From: Nitrosopumilaceae archaeon | Lineage (GTDB): Archaea; Thermoproteota; Nitrososphaeria; Nitrososphaerales; Nitrosopumilaceae | Direction of reading: 5' to 3' | NCBI GenBank assembly: GCA_965208905.1 | Contig: OZ242365.1 | Location: 1,728,001 to 1,792,000, forward strand | DNA length: 64,000 nucleotides | Shown here: in pieces, positions 19,664 to 29,667 of the stretch | Layout of the letters: each line of letters begins with the position of its first letter | Numbering within the stretch: the stretch's first letter is position 1 | Notes under the pieces: model-generated | What the model was told of the DNA's origin: nothing | Database searches by the model: none | What the model saw: the letters and a program-made list of their open reading frames with translations, nothing else | Translations under genes and position numbers: made by a program

Positions 19664-20592
19664 AGATACAAAAGCGTGATGGCTCGTACGCAGAGTATGA
19701 TGAATCAAAGGTAGTGCAGGCGGTCATGAAGGCCGGGGTAGGTCCGCGCAAGGCTGCGGAACTGGCAAGGGACGTGACCAGGCGGCTGCGCAGGCCGCTT
19801 ACCGTCTCTAGGGTGGGTGATCTGACAGAAGACGCCATGCTAAAGGCAGGATTATACGCCGAATGCAGGCAATACATAGAGTATCGTGCCAAAAGGCGTC
19901 TTGAGAGGGAGAAGAGGGCGATAATTACGGGCGGGGTTGATGAGAACCTCAAGTATCTCAGGGCCTCAACGCTCAAGGTGTTGCGCGCTGCCGGTACAGA
20001 CATATCACATACCATACGTTCTATACGGCCAAAGTGCGAGGAGTTGATACTCTCTGGGATGTTCATACCGGACGACATCATAATACATGAGCGCGTGCCG
20101 TCCGGGCCGTACCGCATAACAATGCCGCACGGCATCAAAGACCAACTGCATACGCTGCAGTATGCAAACAAGTATGCGATATACGTGGACTGGAATCGTA
20201 CACCCCAGAAGTTTCGGGAACTATTCCGTTCTACATGCGCGTATACAGGCTGTTTAATACGTGAGGGGAGGTTTGGCGGCATGCTGGATATGTCGCGCAT
20301 ACCGCTTCATACATTGGGTGAGGTGTGTAAACAGGCGGCTGAATTTCTGTCCGCATGGGAGGGTGCATCCGGTCCCGGTATAATAATACCGCCCGGCATG
20401 GATCACAAAACAATACATGATGTGTTGTATGGTGTAGTGCCTGACCTTGAGCCTACGGGGATATATGGAAAACGTGATGATGTCTGGGGGGATACGCCAT
20501 ACAGGGGCGGGTGTCCCGTATGCGGGGGCAAACTATTACACATGGAGTCGTGTGTATCATGCGCATGCGGCTGGTCTGCGTGTGCAACCTAA
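19660..20592 (+). CDS. ATP-cone protein with NrdJ-like C-terminal Zn-ribbon/Cys tail (reduced RNR relic)
   Basis: KIQKRDGSYAEYDESKV...YIEYR ATP cone; CPVCGG...ESCVSCACGWSAC. Confidence 0.72.
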   Translation: MKIQKRDGSYAEYDESKVVQAVMKAGVGPRKAAELARDVTRRLRRPLTVSRVGDLTEDAMLKAGLYAECRQYIEYRAKRRLEREKRAIITGGVDENLKYLRASTLKVLRAAGTDISHTIRSIRPKCEELILSGMFIPDDIIIHERVPSGPYRITMPHGIKDQLHTLQYANKYAIYVDWNRTPQKFRELFRSTCAYTGCLIREGRFGGMLDMSRIPLHTLGEVCKQAAEFLSAWEGASGPGIIIPPGMDHKTIHDVLYGVVPDLEPTGIYGKRDDVWGDTPYRGGCPVCGGKLLHMESCVSCACGWSACAT

Positions 20593-20777
20593 AGGCTTGT
20601 AAGGATGGGTGTTCTACAAATGACCAAAATATCCGGCATCATCTTGTGGGACAATGCTTTAGGGTGATTTATGAGCTGTGCAATAATTGGCGCGTATGTA
20701 CGGTAGGCTAGTCTCACGTTAATTTACCAATTTCCCCACAATACTCCCCTTAAACGTCACCGATACACATCATAACC

Positions 20778-21227
20778 ATGGAAGAGACTTCTAAGAGTGA
20801 TGATATATGTGATAAATTTATGCGCGTCGCCGACGAATCTAAGTGCTTTAAAGAGGCAGTCTATTGGGCGATTATGACTGCAGAGGCAAAAGAGTTCCTC
20901 GATACGATAGATGGGCTCCTAGATGGCGTAACAACATCAGCCAATGACTGGAAGTCATTCCTAAAACACAATGATGTTGGTGAGCTCCACAACATATTCG
21001 AATGTTCTGTGAATGAGTATGGTGGGGATGTCATTGATACAGTAGCAGAAGGCATTACTGTTTTTCTGGAGAAAGCGAAGGATGAGCAGCATTTAGAGAG
21101 GCTCTTGAGTGAAGAGTGGGATCCGTGTTCTGATGAACTCTTGGCACTTAAGAACAAATACAAGAGTGAATGTTCAAAGATATGTGAAGAGATAGCTGTG
21201 CACGCGCGCAGTCACTTCAACCTATAA
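20778..21227 (+). CDS. Hypothetical acidic protein
   Basis: ORF with CCCCTTAAAC box upstream. Confidence 0.6.
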   Translation: MEETSKSDDICDKFMRVADESKCFKEAVYWAIMTAEAKEFLDTIDGLLDGVTTSANDWKSFLKHNDVGELHNIFECSVNEYGGDVIDTVAEGITVFLEKAKDEQHLERLLSEEWDPCSDELLALKNKYKSECSKICEEIAVHARSHFNL

Positions 21228-21419
21228 TTCTGTTAGGTAACACCACTGACTAAATGGATGGGTGGATGAACTATCCCAAATACAACACGTGTCCCAAGAC
21301 AGCGCGTATGTTGACAGCCTGCCGTACTGTATAGTTGGCAAATTGCCATGTGTGTGGGTCGTAACTGGAAAGATGGCTGCCCACACTGCGGATATGGTGG
21401 GTATGTTAGACTTGTAGAA

Positions 21420-22037
21420 TCAGGACTTGGCCTTCACGAATACCAGAGTCCTGCCGGCCACCTGCGCACCCGTATCATCATGTATGGTGATGCTTTTCTC
21501 ACCGACCATATCGTCAGGATATAGTACCAGATGTACCGTTCCATCCGTATCCGGGTGGGGCGTACTACACAGCACATCATCCATGCGAACCTCAAGGCGT
21601 TTGTCAAGCGGCATGTCTGAAGGTAGGCTCATGCGCAGCTCACGGGGTCGATCATATACGGTTATCTGCAATGATTCGTCGGGTGTAGGCTTGGCATCGG
21701 CCGTGTCCTGTACGGCGCGCGGCATGACATACTTTTTTGGCTTTGGGCCGGCCTTCGCTTCTTTGGGACCAAACATCCTAAACCGCATCATATGGTATAG
21801 ACGCATCTCATATCCCAACAGCGGCGGGCGGAACTTGGCAAACAAAAATGCCGCCAACAGAGGCCAGGGAGCCGCATATATGCCGGCTACCTGAACCGCA
21901 ATAAACATGCCCGGCAGGCCCGCGCCCACCAGTATGCCAAGCTGCAGTACGGTGACCCAGCCCAGTACCGGCAGGTGGAACATCTTTTGGTTTGGCAGTG
22001 TGGGTTTTTCATACCATTGGAAACGGGGCTCGGTCAT
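21420..22037 (-). CDS. PrgI/VirB3-like membrane protein
   Basis: GWVTVLQLGIL plus two TM segments; last gene of the ATPase operon. Confidence 0.45.
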   Translation of the reverse strand: MTEPRFQWYEKPTLPNQKMFHLPVLGWVTVLQLGILVGAGLPGMFIAVQVAGIYAAPWPLLAAFLFAKFRPPLLGYEMRLYHMMRFRMFGPKEAKAGPKPKKYVMPRAVQDTADAKPTPDESLQITVYDRPRELRMSLPSDMPLDKRLEVRMDDVLCSTPHPDTDGTVHLVLYPDDMVGEKSITIHDDTGAQVAGRTLVFVKAKS

Positions 22038-22909
22038 GCCAACTCCTCCAGACGGTACTGTTTAACGTTGCCTGCCGCGCACCATATGTGGCATGCGGCC
22101 AGTCCAAACATAAAGGATCCCAATATTACATGCCATTGTATCGGTCCCGTACTGCCCAGCATAATGGATACGCCGACAATCGCCGCAAAATACCATATCG
22201 TGTGTAATGTGAGTGCCAGCCGTATGGTACACCGCCTAAACATGTATCGCATTATTACGTTGGCCTCGTATCGCATGAGGCGTCTCCCAAAACGCGCCGT
22301 GCTGTATACGTCTGCTGCATATGATATAATCATTGCAGCAACGCCGACGGGCCAAATCCCATCGTACATGGCGCATACAGCTACACCAATACCGCAGGGT
22401 ATCACACACCACACCCATGTTGGCCGGCCAACATACATCACCGCGGCGCTGGCCAGCGCTCCGATTACCGTACCATATTTGAGTCCCATCAAGCCGACTG
22501 AATATATGTCGTACAATCCCAACGACTCGCGCGACTTTGCCAGGTTTGCCCGCCATAGATCTTCCGCGAGGGGAGGCACTATTCCATCACAGTTGGCGCC
22601 GCCGGGCACCATACATTGCACGTAGCATATGCCGTCCCTGTAGGAATACTGTATACCGTCGGATGGTTCGGGGCACATTATATCGCCCCTCCATATTGGC
22701 GGTACCATAAATATCTCCATGGGCATCTCAGATACCGCCTGCACTGCCAGCGGTACACACCAGACAACCAGCACGCCGAACACAAAGAACACGACAATAT
22801 TGCCCAGGGTGCCGGCCTTCTCTCCCTGGCCTGTTACATATCTCTTGTACATCTGGCCACCCCCACAAGGCCCAAAATCATGAATACTATAACAACCAGT
22901 ATGCTCCAC
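22034..22909 (-). CDS. Multi-pass membrane protein
   Basis: Several TM segments; DVYST...EANVIM motif. Confidence 0.6.
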   Translation of the reverse strand: MEHTGCYSIHDFGPCGGGQMYKRYVTGQGEKAGTLGNIVVFFVFGVLVVWCVPLAVQAVSEMPMEIFMVPPIWRGDIMCPEPSDGIQYSYRDGICYVQCMVPGGANCDGIVPPLAEDLWRANLAKSRESLGLYDIYSVGLMGLKYGTVIGALASAAVMYVGRPTWVWCVIPCGIGVAVCAMYDGIWPVGVAAMIISYAADVYSTARFGRRLMRYEANVIMRYMFRRCTIRLALTLHTIWYFAAIVGVSIMLGSTGPIQWHVILGSFMFGLAACHIWCAAGNVKQYRLEELA

Positions 22910-23097
22910 TGTATGGTCTCCCAGACCAGCGGGTCGCCTCCAAAGATGCTGGTCAGGTCATCCTTCGTCATATAATTATACAGGTACGGCGCGGCCGCAA
23001 GTATCACGCCCAGTACTATTGCCCTCGATAGCAGTTTTCGTATCTTCTCGGCTATCTCCACATTGTTGGATTCATCACCAATAGAACGATGATACAC
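22834..23097 (-). CDS. Small membrane protein (possible VirB2-like pilin)
   Basis: Two hydrophobic helices within the T4SS-like operon. Confidence 0.35.
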   Translation of the reverse strand: MYHRSIGDESNNVEIAEKIRKLLSRAIVLGVILAAAPYLYNYMTKDDLTSIFGGDPLVWETIQWSILVVIVFMILGLVGVARCTRDM

Positions 23098-25355
23098 TAT
23101 ACATTCGCCTCCGGACTCTTGTGTATTCTCCCACTCTTTCTGTATATTGTACCGGCCTCCTCCAGGCGCTGCATCGTACCGGCTATCTCACTATTCTCGT
23201 ATGTGCCGTGCATGTGACTCTGTAGTGTAGATATCGGCAGTCCGCCCTTGGGTATCATGTGCAGTATTTTTGACTCTATGTCATCAGTACTTTGCGTGTA
23301 TTCGCAGAATTTTAACGGGTTGGCGGGCCTGAACCCGGGAGGTATAGGTATGGACTTTCCTGCCAGTATGGCATCATATGTAATGACACTGACATGATAT
23401 GCAGTATGATCAACACCCATCTCGGCAAGCTGGCTTTTGACATGCTGTGCGTCACGTTCATTATACACCAAAAACCACACCGTACAATCAGGACTCTTCT
23501 TCCAGTTTTTGTACACCTGGCCCGGTTTTCCCGGCTTGTTTGGGTGACGCGCGGGGCCGGTCTCCACCTCTATGGCAACACGATTGCCCCAGCGCTGCAC
23601 ATCCGGATTCCCCTCGGGGCCGGTAGCGGGCTCGCATACCTCCAGATCAGCCATCTGTGATGCAGTATCGCCTACATCCATCTTTGTGTAGTAGCCGCGC
23701 CTCGTATAGTTGTCATGCAGTGCCTTTATGGTGCGTATGTGCCGCTCACCGCCGGCCCGTCCCTTCAGGGCGGCCACATCAAAGTGCTTGTTTATGCATT
23801 CAGCCCTTAAGGTGTAAATTGTATCATTGTGTCTGGATACCGCATCCACCACGCCATCGCGCCGCAGGTGCTCCAGACGCTGTGCTATGGTGCGCTTCTC
23901 CACATCAAAATGCCGAACCGCCTCATGTATGTCATGTATGCCCAGGCCGTCCGGATTATGGTACAGTATGGACATTATACACATATCCAGAGGCTTGACA
24001 TCGTATGCGTGCGCGGGATCATTTGTATATTTGGCCATGTCGACATCCACGCCATATGTAGCCAGCGAAAAGTCCACTATTTCGTCCAGTGTTGCATGGT
24101 GTACGACCGCATCATCCATGTTGCGCGTGCGCATCAGACTGCCGTGTACGTCGCCTGACGGCACCCCCATGTGGAAGCTCATGTGGAACTTGGGAATCTT
24201 TGTCAGTACCTCCGGCCTGTCTATGCCCATCTTTGGCGCAACCCTCTTGGCGGTATCCATCGTACAGTTGCTTACGATATACAGGGAGCAGTTTCCAAGC
24301 ATGGCGGCCGCATCATCCTTGTCTATGCTTTCAAGTTGCTGTGTTGCCAGCGTCATGCGTATGCCCCACTTTCTTACCTGTTGGAGCATCTCCTTGAGTT
24401 TGGTCGAATCTATCATCTGCATCTCGTCCACGTACAGGTAGAATTGCTTTGGCTTGACGTTTTGCGGGCGGGACTGCGCAAGCTTGGCGGCCGCAGTAGT
24501 CATCATCGTCAGCAAAAACGTGGTGAACAGCGTCCTCTCTATATCGTTGGAGCAGCCGGCCCCGTCAAATATCAGTATGCCGTGATTGTCCAACAGTTTC
24601 TGCATGTTGAATGCCGTACCGCCCTCAAAGAATGGCCCCACTGCGGGGTTCGATACTATGGGAGTCAGTTTGTTGTCTACTGCCGGGACCGCATCCTTTG
24701 CCTGCTTTGGAAATACCTTGTCCCAGAACAACAGGTTGTCCTGTATGTTGACGTCCGCCAGTACGATATCACGTTCGGACTCATCCAGTATTATTTTGTG
24801 CAGCAGGTCCATGCCGCCCCGACCAGACGCTATTATGCTTACGGCCGCCGCGGTCAGTATCTGCTGCATGCGCGGCCCGTCCGTCCCGAATGCCTTCAGC
24901 AAGGTTTCCGTAAAGGCCGTCGCCGCAGTTGCTGGCGAGTCACCATTCGGCTCAAGCGGGTTTATCGGCACTGCCTTTCCGGTGCGTTTCAGCTGATCCG
25001 GCGATATGTACACAAGATGGTTTGCGCGCCATTCTGGTATTCGCTGCGCAGCCCAGGCCGCCAGGTCGTGGTGCGGATCCAGTATGGCAACACCATCACC
25101 GCGTATGAGATTCTGGCGTATCAGCATCTTCAACACAGTACTCTTGCCAAAACCGCTGGAGCCCAGTATCATCGCGTGCAGCCGGTGCTTTTCGGGTATG
25201 CATATGGTATCGGCCGGTATGTTGGGATCATACCTGTCATGCGTATACCCTATGGCCGTCAGCCCATCGGGTATGGGATTACTCCCCGGCGGGACGATGC
25301 TACTCATAATACCTCCCCAGTATGCTGAATACCGACTGTACGTCATTGGCGTCAT
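23097..25355 (-). CDS. VirD4/HerA-like coupling ATPase with C-terminal wHTH and PD-(D/E)XK-like region
   Basis: HAMILGSSGFGKS, ILDPHHD, LYVDEMQ, VRKWGIRMTLATQ; ADLEV...VAIEVETG. Confidence 0.82.
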   Translation of the reverse strand: MTPMTYSRYSAYWGGIMSSIVPPGSNPIPDGLTAIGYTHDRYDPNIPADTICIPEKHRLHAMILGSSGFGKSTVLKMLIRQNLIRGDGVAILDPHHDLAAWAAQRIPEWRANHLVYISPDQLKRTGKAVPINPLEPNGDSPATAATAFTETLLKAFGTDGPRMQQILTAAAVSIIASGRGGMDLLHKIILDESERDIVLADVNIQDNLLFWDKVFPKQAKDAVPAVDNKLTPIVSNPAVGPFFEGGTAFNMQKLLDNHGILIFDGAGCSNDIERTLFTTFLLTMMTTAAAKLAQSRPQNVKPKQFYLYVDEMQMIDSTKLKEMLQQVRKWGIRMTLATQQLESIDKDDAAAMLGNCSLYIVSNCTMDTAKRVAPKMGIDRPEVLTKIPKFHMSFHMGVPSGDVHGSLMRTRNMDDAVVHHATLDEIVDFSLATYGVDVDMAKYTNDPAHAYDVKPLDMCIMSILYHNPDGLGIHDIHEAVRHFDVEKRTIAQRLEHLRRDGVVDAVSRHNDTIYTLRAECINKHFDVAALKGRAGGERHIRTIKALHDNYTRRGYYTKMDVGDTASQMADLEVCEPATGPEGNPDVQRWGNRVAIEVETGPARHPNKPGKPGQVYKNWKKSPDCTVWFLVYNERDAQHVKSQLAEMGVDHTAYHVSVITYDAILAGKSIPIPPGFRPANPLKFCEYTQSTDDIESKILHMIPKGGLPISTLQSHMHGTYENSEIAGTMQRLEEAGTIYRKSGRIHKSPEANV

Positions 25356-27375
25356 GTATGATGCACTCCTCCAGCAACTCTTCGCGGCGTTTCATGTCGG
25401 CGGCGGGGTTTTGAACGTTGTTCCTAAAGCACGCCTCCGTATATTGCTGCGTATTCAGCATGTTCTTTGCTTCATGGAACGAGTCGTCCTGCAATGAATA
25501 GGTGAATATCTCTTTTAGTACGGGCTTGCCGTCTATGCCCGGCGTTACCTCGGTTATGTTTCGAACGCGGCGTTTGGATATGCCGGATATGCGGACCTCG
25601 GTAACATATACTATAAACCCCAGCAGGGCGAGTTCCGCATGGGATACGCCGCCCAGTTCCATGCGGGTAAGCGCGCCCAGGGGCGTGTTGGCATGGAAAG
25701 TCGTATTGTGCGTTACGACGCCATCCCCGTGCGTAAAGTTGCCCGTTGACTTTACCTCTATGTCGTATAGTGTGGTGCCCAGCGAGGGTATCTCCACGGA
25801 TTGTATGGTACGCCACTCATATGTATTCTGTATTGCGTGGTATCGCTCGGGTATTATATGGCATTCCCGTACAAACTCCTCCGGGCCGGATAATGCGAAC
25901 TGCCTTAAATCCGCTACCCTTTGCCTTGCAAGCAGTTTTCCGCCGTCCGCATCAAGCGGTATGGCCATCTCGTCTCCGTTTGATACATGTGTAGCCACAT
26001 CCCGGTACAGTCCACATATTACGGGTATCGAGTCGCCAATCTTTACATCGGATGCATGTATCACGCCCCTCTCCGTAATCATGGGATGGTGCGCATGTAC
26101 AGTGCAGGTGGCCCCGCCCGCGGTTATGCGCCTCCAGTCATCCTTTCCGTGCTTTACGATTGTGCCGGTTATGGGGTGCCAGTCACATTTGCCGCCCTCC
26201 ATTGAGTATGCGTATAGCGTCTCGCCGTCCCGGAACCGCTCTATTACATTTCGTATGGTATCATATGATATGGTGGAGCCGTTTTTTACAGGCATCATCT
26301 CGTTGGGCGGCAGACACAAGCCGCCGTGCCCGGTGCCCATGGATTGAAACAGGTACTTGGCATCGGCCACATCCCTTATCTCGCCCACTATCTCATAGTC
26401 GGGCTTCTGCGTGAGTGACTGGTCTATCAGTTTTTGAATGGTAACGTCGTGCTCTGAACCAACTATCGATGTGGTCTTTTTTGTGTGATATCGTACCCAG
26501 TCCTCGTGCGGTATCTGCAGCTCCAGAGAGTCCTCTATGGTTAAAATGCGCCAGCGCGGATGCATCATGGTTGTAAGTGCGGACAACAGCGTGGTCTTGC
26601 CCGAACCCGTAGTGCCTATTACCAGCCCGGCGGCGCGCGCATTGAGCAGCGACCACAGATATGCGCACATTCTGGGCGTCAGCGTATTGCCCTTCATCAT
26701 GTGTGTAATTACATACGGATTTTCCGGGAATTTTCTTATGGCTATTGTGCTGCCGGGCTCGGATACCACACTCTTGAAGGTCGCCGATATACGCGACTTG
26801 TCCTGCAGATACGTGACGGCTCCCGGCTTTGCCACGGTGGGCTCGTTTCCGGTGGGCCTGAACATCCTTGATATGAATGTGGCCATAGCCGCGTCGGTAC
26901 GAAACAGTACGTTCGTCTTTAGTGAGTGGAACCTGTTGCTGTGTACTTTGTGTTTTATGTATGCGGGCCTGCCGGGAGCGGAGACTAGTATGTCCTCTAT
27001 ATGCGGATCCGTCATCAAAGGGTGCAGTATGCCGTATCCGGTAACATCTCGGGATATGTAGTATTTGAGCGCATGAAACAACCCATCAAGTTCGCGCTTT
27101 TCGTATATCTTCATGCCAACATCCCAGAACCGCTTCTTTACTATACGTTCCAGTTCTGCGGGCGTCTTGTTCTTGACGTCCAGTACCATACTCTCCCACA
27201 TCTTCTGTATAATGCGCGTGTATGCTTTACCGGCGGCTTCTGAGAATGGCGGCTCGGTTACCAGATAGCGGCCATCCGCCGTCACCCGTACCGAGACCAT
27301 GCCGTCGGCCACGGTATACTGGTCGATTATCTCGAAATCTTCAACATCAACGCTGGTGTGGTGTATGGTATCCAT
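25300..27375 (-). CDS. VirB11/TadA/FlaI-family secretion ATPase with intein
   Basis: IAIRKF, GTTGSGKTT, TIEDSLEL, PDYEIVGEIR, TGHGGL[intein]TTFHA. Confidence 0.9.
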   Translation of the reverse strand: MDTIHHTSVDVEDFEIIDQYTVADGMVSVRVTADGRYLVTEPPFSEAAGKAYTRIIQKMWESMVLDVKNKTPAELERIVKKRFWDVGMKIYEKRELDGLFHALKYYISRDVTGYGILHPLMTDPHIEDILVSAPGRPAYIKHKVHSNRFHSLKTNVLFRTDAAMATFISRMFRPTGNEPTVAKPGAVTYLQDKSRISATFKSVVSEPGSTIAIRKFPENPYVITHMMKGNTLTPRMCAYLWSLLNARAAGLVIGTTGSGKTTLLSALTTMMHPRWRILTIEDSLELQIPHEDWVRYHTKKTTSIVGSEHDVTIQKLIDQSLTQKPDYEIVGEIRDVADAKYLFQSMGTGHGGLCLPPNEMMPVKNGSTISYDTIRNVIERFRDGETLYAYSMEGGKCDWHPITGTIVKHGKDDWRRITAGGATCTVHAHHPMITERGVIHASDVKIGDSIPVICGLYRDVATHVSNGDEMAIPLDADGGKLLARQRVADLRQFALSGPEEFVRECHIIPERYHAIQNTYEWRTIQSVEIPSLGTTLYDIEVKSTGNFTHGDGVVTHNTTFHANTPLGALTRMELGGVSHAELALLGFIVYVTEVRISGISKRRVRNITEVTPGIDGKPVLKEIFTYSLQDDSFHEAKNMLNTQQYTEACFRNNVQNPAADMKRREELLEECIIHDANDVQSVFSILGRYYE
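25705..26316 (-). other. Mini-intein (204 aa) in the ATPase His-box
   Basis: Starts CLPPNE, ends LYDIEV...GVVTHN with Thr+1. Confidence 0.9.
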
Positions 27376-27665
27376 ACTATATTGTATGACCAGGGGGCGT
27401 TAATGGATTACAGTGGGTATGCCGGACCCGCACCGCTGGGTTAACCTAACGAGGAAGTATGACCCCGCCCGGCTGACTATATCATGCATGGTGCAATTTA
27501 AGGCTCCATATGACATGGGGCTGTTAAGTTACTGTGACCCACCGGATGGTGTTAAATCTGTGACCTAGGGTGGTTAGACCTGGGGCTGTAACATCTAACA
27601 TCACATGAGATGGTGTAATATGCGTCACCATTTGTCCAAAATACATAAATAAAGTAACTACCACC

Positions 27666-27791
27666 ATGAGTATTATGTCAGATGACGGAGATTATGTGGA
27701 TAAGAAAGATGTTGAGAGGCGTAGAAAGGAAATAGAGGAATACGCAAAGAACGATCAGCGACGCAAAATCGTCTACGATGAAGATTTATAA
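27666..27791 (+). CDS. 41-aa charged micro-protein inside the MITE
   Basis: Translated by hand (MSIMSDDGDYVDKK...); AT-rich upstream region. Confidence 0.4.
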   Translation: MSIMSDDGDYVDKKDVERRRKEIEEYAKNDQRRKIVYDEDL

Positions 27792-27813
27792 ACCACAATC
27801 CCTACTATACAAT

Positions 27814-27975
27814 ATGGATGATATACAGAGAAAGAGGAAGGTAGATACATACTTTACGACAGGTACCCCCACTGGTCCCTACAAGGCGACATATGAGGAC
27901 AGTCTAAAGGAGATAAGGAACCCATTTGCGTTGGATAAAACCAAAGGTGCTCCGGGCTTTCCGCGAACACGTTAG
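27814..27975 (+). CDS. 53-aa micro-protein inside the MITE
   Basis: ORF track 27778-27975; internal ATG MDDIQRK chosen as start. Confidence 0.4.
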   Translation: MDDIQRKRKVDTYFTTGTPTGPYKATYEDSLKEIRNPFALDKTKGAPGFPRTR

Positions 27976-28165
27976 AAATTTCTAGTTTTCAAATCACGTA
28001 AAACTCCTTGGGTTTTTCCACCCTACCCCTTTTCATCTTTAAAGAGATCCTGTCCGGGTCACAGATTTAACACCATCCGGTGGGTCACAGTAACTTAACA
28101 GCCCCTATGACATAACGCTAAATCTCGTTAATTCCTTAAACGTCACCGAACACATACCATACCAA

Positions 28166-28414
28166 ATGGGCTGCATAACAACCAAGCATATAGGACGGGC
28201 CGATTATGTTTACGTGGAGTGGTACGCCAACGGTATACACAGGACAAAGTCATGCGGTAATGCGGCCAGGCCGGAGAGTTTCCGGCGTGCTCGTCAGGTG
28301 CTGGTTGATGTTATGCGCGAACGTATAGCGGCGATGGAGTCGCAGGTTGACCAAATGATTATAGACGCCGAAATCGGGGCGGTAAACGGCCAGGCTGATG
28401 AATCCCCTCCTTAA
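28166..28414 (+). CDS. Small putative DNA-binding protein with coiled-coil tail
   Basis: KHIGRADYVYVEWY...KSCG; CCTTAAAC box upstream. Confidence 0.55.
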   Translation: MGCITTKHIGRADYVYVEWYANGIHRTKSCGNAARPESFRRARQVLVDVMRERIAAMESQVDQMIIDAEIGAVNGQADESPP

Positions 28415-28616
28415 ATGCAATGAATGCCATACGATACACATGTCGACAATGGAAGTACCGCGTCCCGATACGGATGCCTCACGGCCGCCGCGCTACACAC
28501 TATCACAGATTCTGGCCAATATCACATCACATACGGTAATACTTGATGCCAAAGACGATGCAGGTGCCATAACAATGGCTGAACTATACATGATGCGTCT
28601 AAGTCCTGGTGCTTGA
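28398..28616 (+). CDS. Small CxxC protein running into the repeat array
   Basis: CNECH; overlaps the upstream ORF. Confidence 0.35.
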   Translation: MNPLLKCNECHTIHMSTMEVPRPDTDASRPPRYTLSQILANITSHTVILDAKDDAGAITMAELYMMRLSPGA

Positions 28617-29645
28617 CTAGTCGAGTATGGCCAGTCGATAAGACGCTGCATGGTTGACTAGTCATGTTGTATGTATCATGTATGATGCGTCTAAGTCCTG
28701 GTGCTTGACGTCATGTATAATGCATCATGACTAGTCGAGTATGGGTAGTCGATAAGATGCTGCATGGCCAGGGTTAAGGCGCCATACTGTTGACTAGTCA
28801 TGCATGGTAGTGGCATGGCGTCATGTTACCAGGGTTAAGGCGCCATACGGTTGACTAGTCATGTTGTATGTTGCATGTATCATGTGTCATGCGTCTAAGT
28901 CCTGGTGCTTGACGTCATGTATCATGGGTAGTCGATAAGATGCTGCATGGCCAGGGTTAAGACGTAACACGGTTGACTAGTCATGTTGTATGTTGCATGC
29001 AGTATGTATCATACATCATGACTAGTCATGTATGGTAGTTGTATGGCGCCGGCATGCGACCAGTCGATAAGGCGCTGCATGGCCAGGGTTAAGACGTAAC
29101 ACGGTTGACTAGTCATGTTGTATGTTGCATGCAGTATGTATCATACATCATGACTAGTCAAGTATGGTAGTGGCATGACGTCATGTGGCCAGTCGATAAG
29201 ACGCTGCATGGCCAGGGTTAAGGCGCCATACGGTTGACTAGTCATGTTGTATACATGATGCGTCTAAGTCCTGGTGCTTGACTAGTCGAGTATGGTAGTG
29301 GCATGGCGCCGGCATGCGGCCAGTCGATAAGGCGCCATACGGTTGACTAGTCATGTTGCATATATCATGCATGATGCGTCTAAGTCCTGGTGCTTGACTA
29401 GTCATGTGTCATGGCCAGTCGATAAGACGCTGCATGGCCAGGGTTAAGGCGCCATACGGTTGACTAGTCATGTTGCATATATCATGTATAATGCATGATG
29501 CGTCTAAGTCCTGTTGGTTGACTAGTCATGTATGGTTGTTGTATTATATGACTAGTCATGTATCATGCGTCTAAGTCCGGGTGCTTGACGTCATGCATCA
29601 TGTATAATGCATCATGACTAGTCGAGTATGGTAGTGGTATGGCCG
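28591..29645. repeat. Non-coding modular repeat array, block 1
   Basis: Shuffled modules TGACTAGTCA, ATGCGTCTAAGTCCTGGTGCTTGAC, AGTCGATAAGACGCTGCATGG, CCAGGGTTAAGGCGCCATACGG, GAGTATGGTAGTGGCATGG. Confidence 0.92.
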
Positions 29646-29667
29646 ATTGTTGTATGTTTTAAAAAAA

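Larger units (their letters stand above)
27517..28105. mobile_element. Non-autonomous TIR element (MITE-like), 589 bp, carrying two micro-ORFs
   Basis: Perfect 49-bp TIRs at 27517-27565 and 28057-28105; 8-bp TSD TATGACAT at 27509-27516 and 28106-28113. Confidence 0.92.

Noticed and set aside
28591-29645. CRISPR array
   Set aside because: No constant repeat with unique spacers; the intervening sequences are themselves repeated modules; no cas genes recognised
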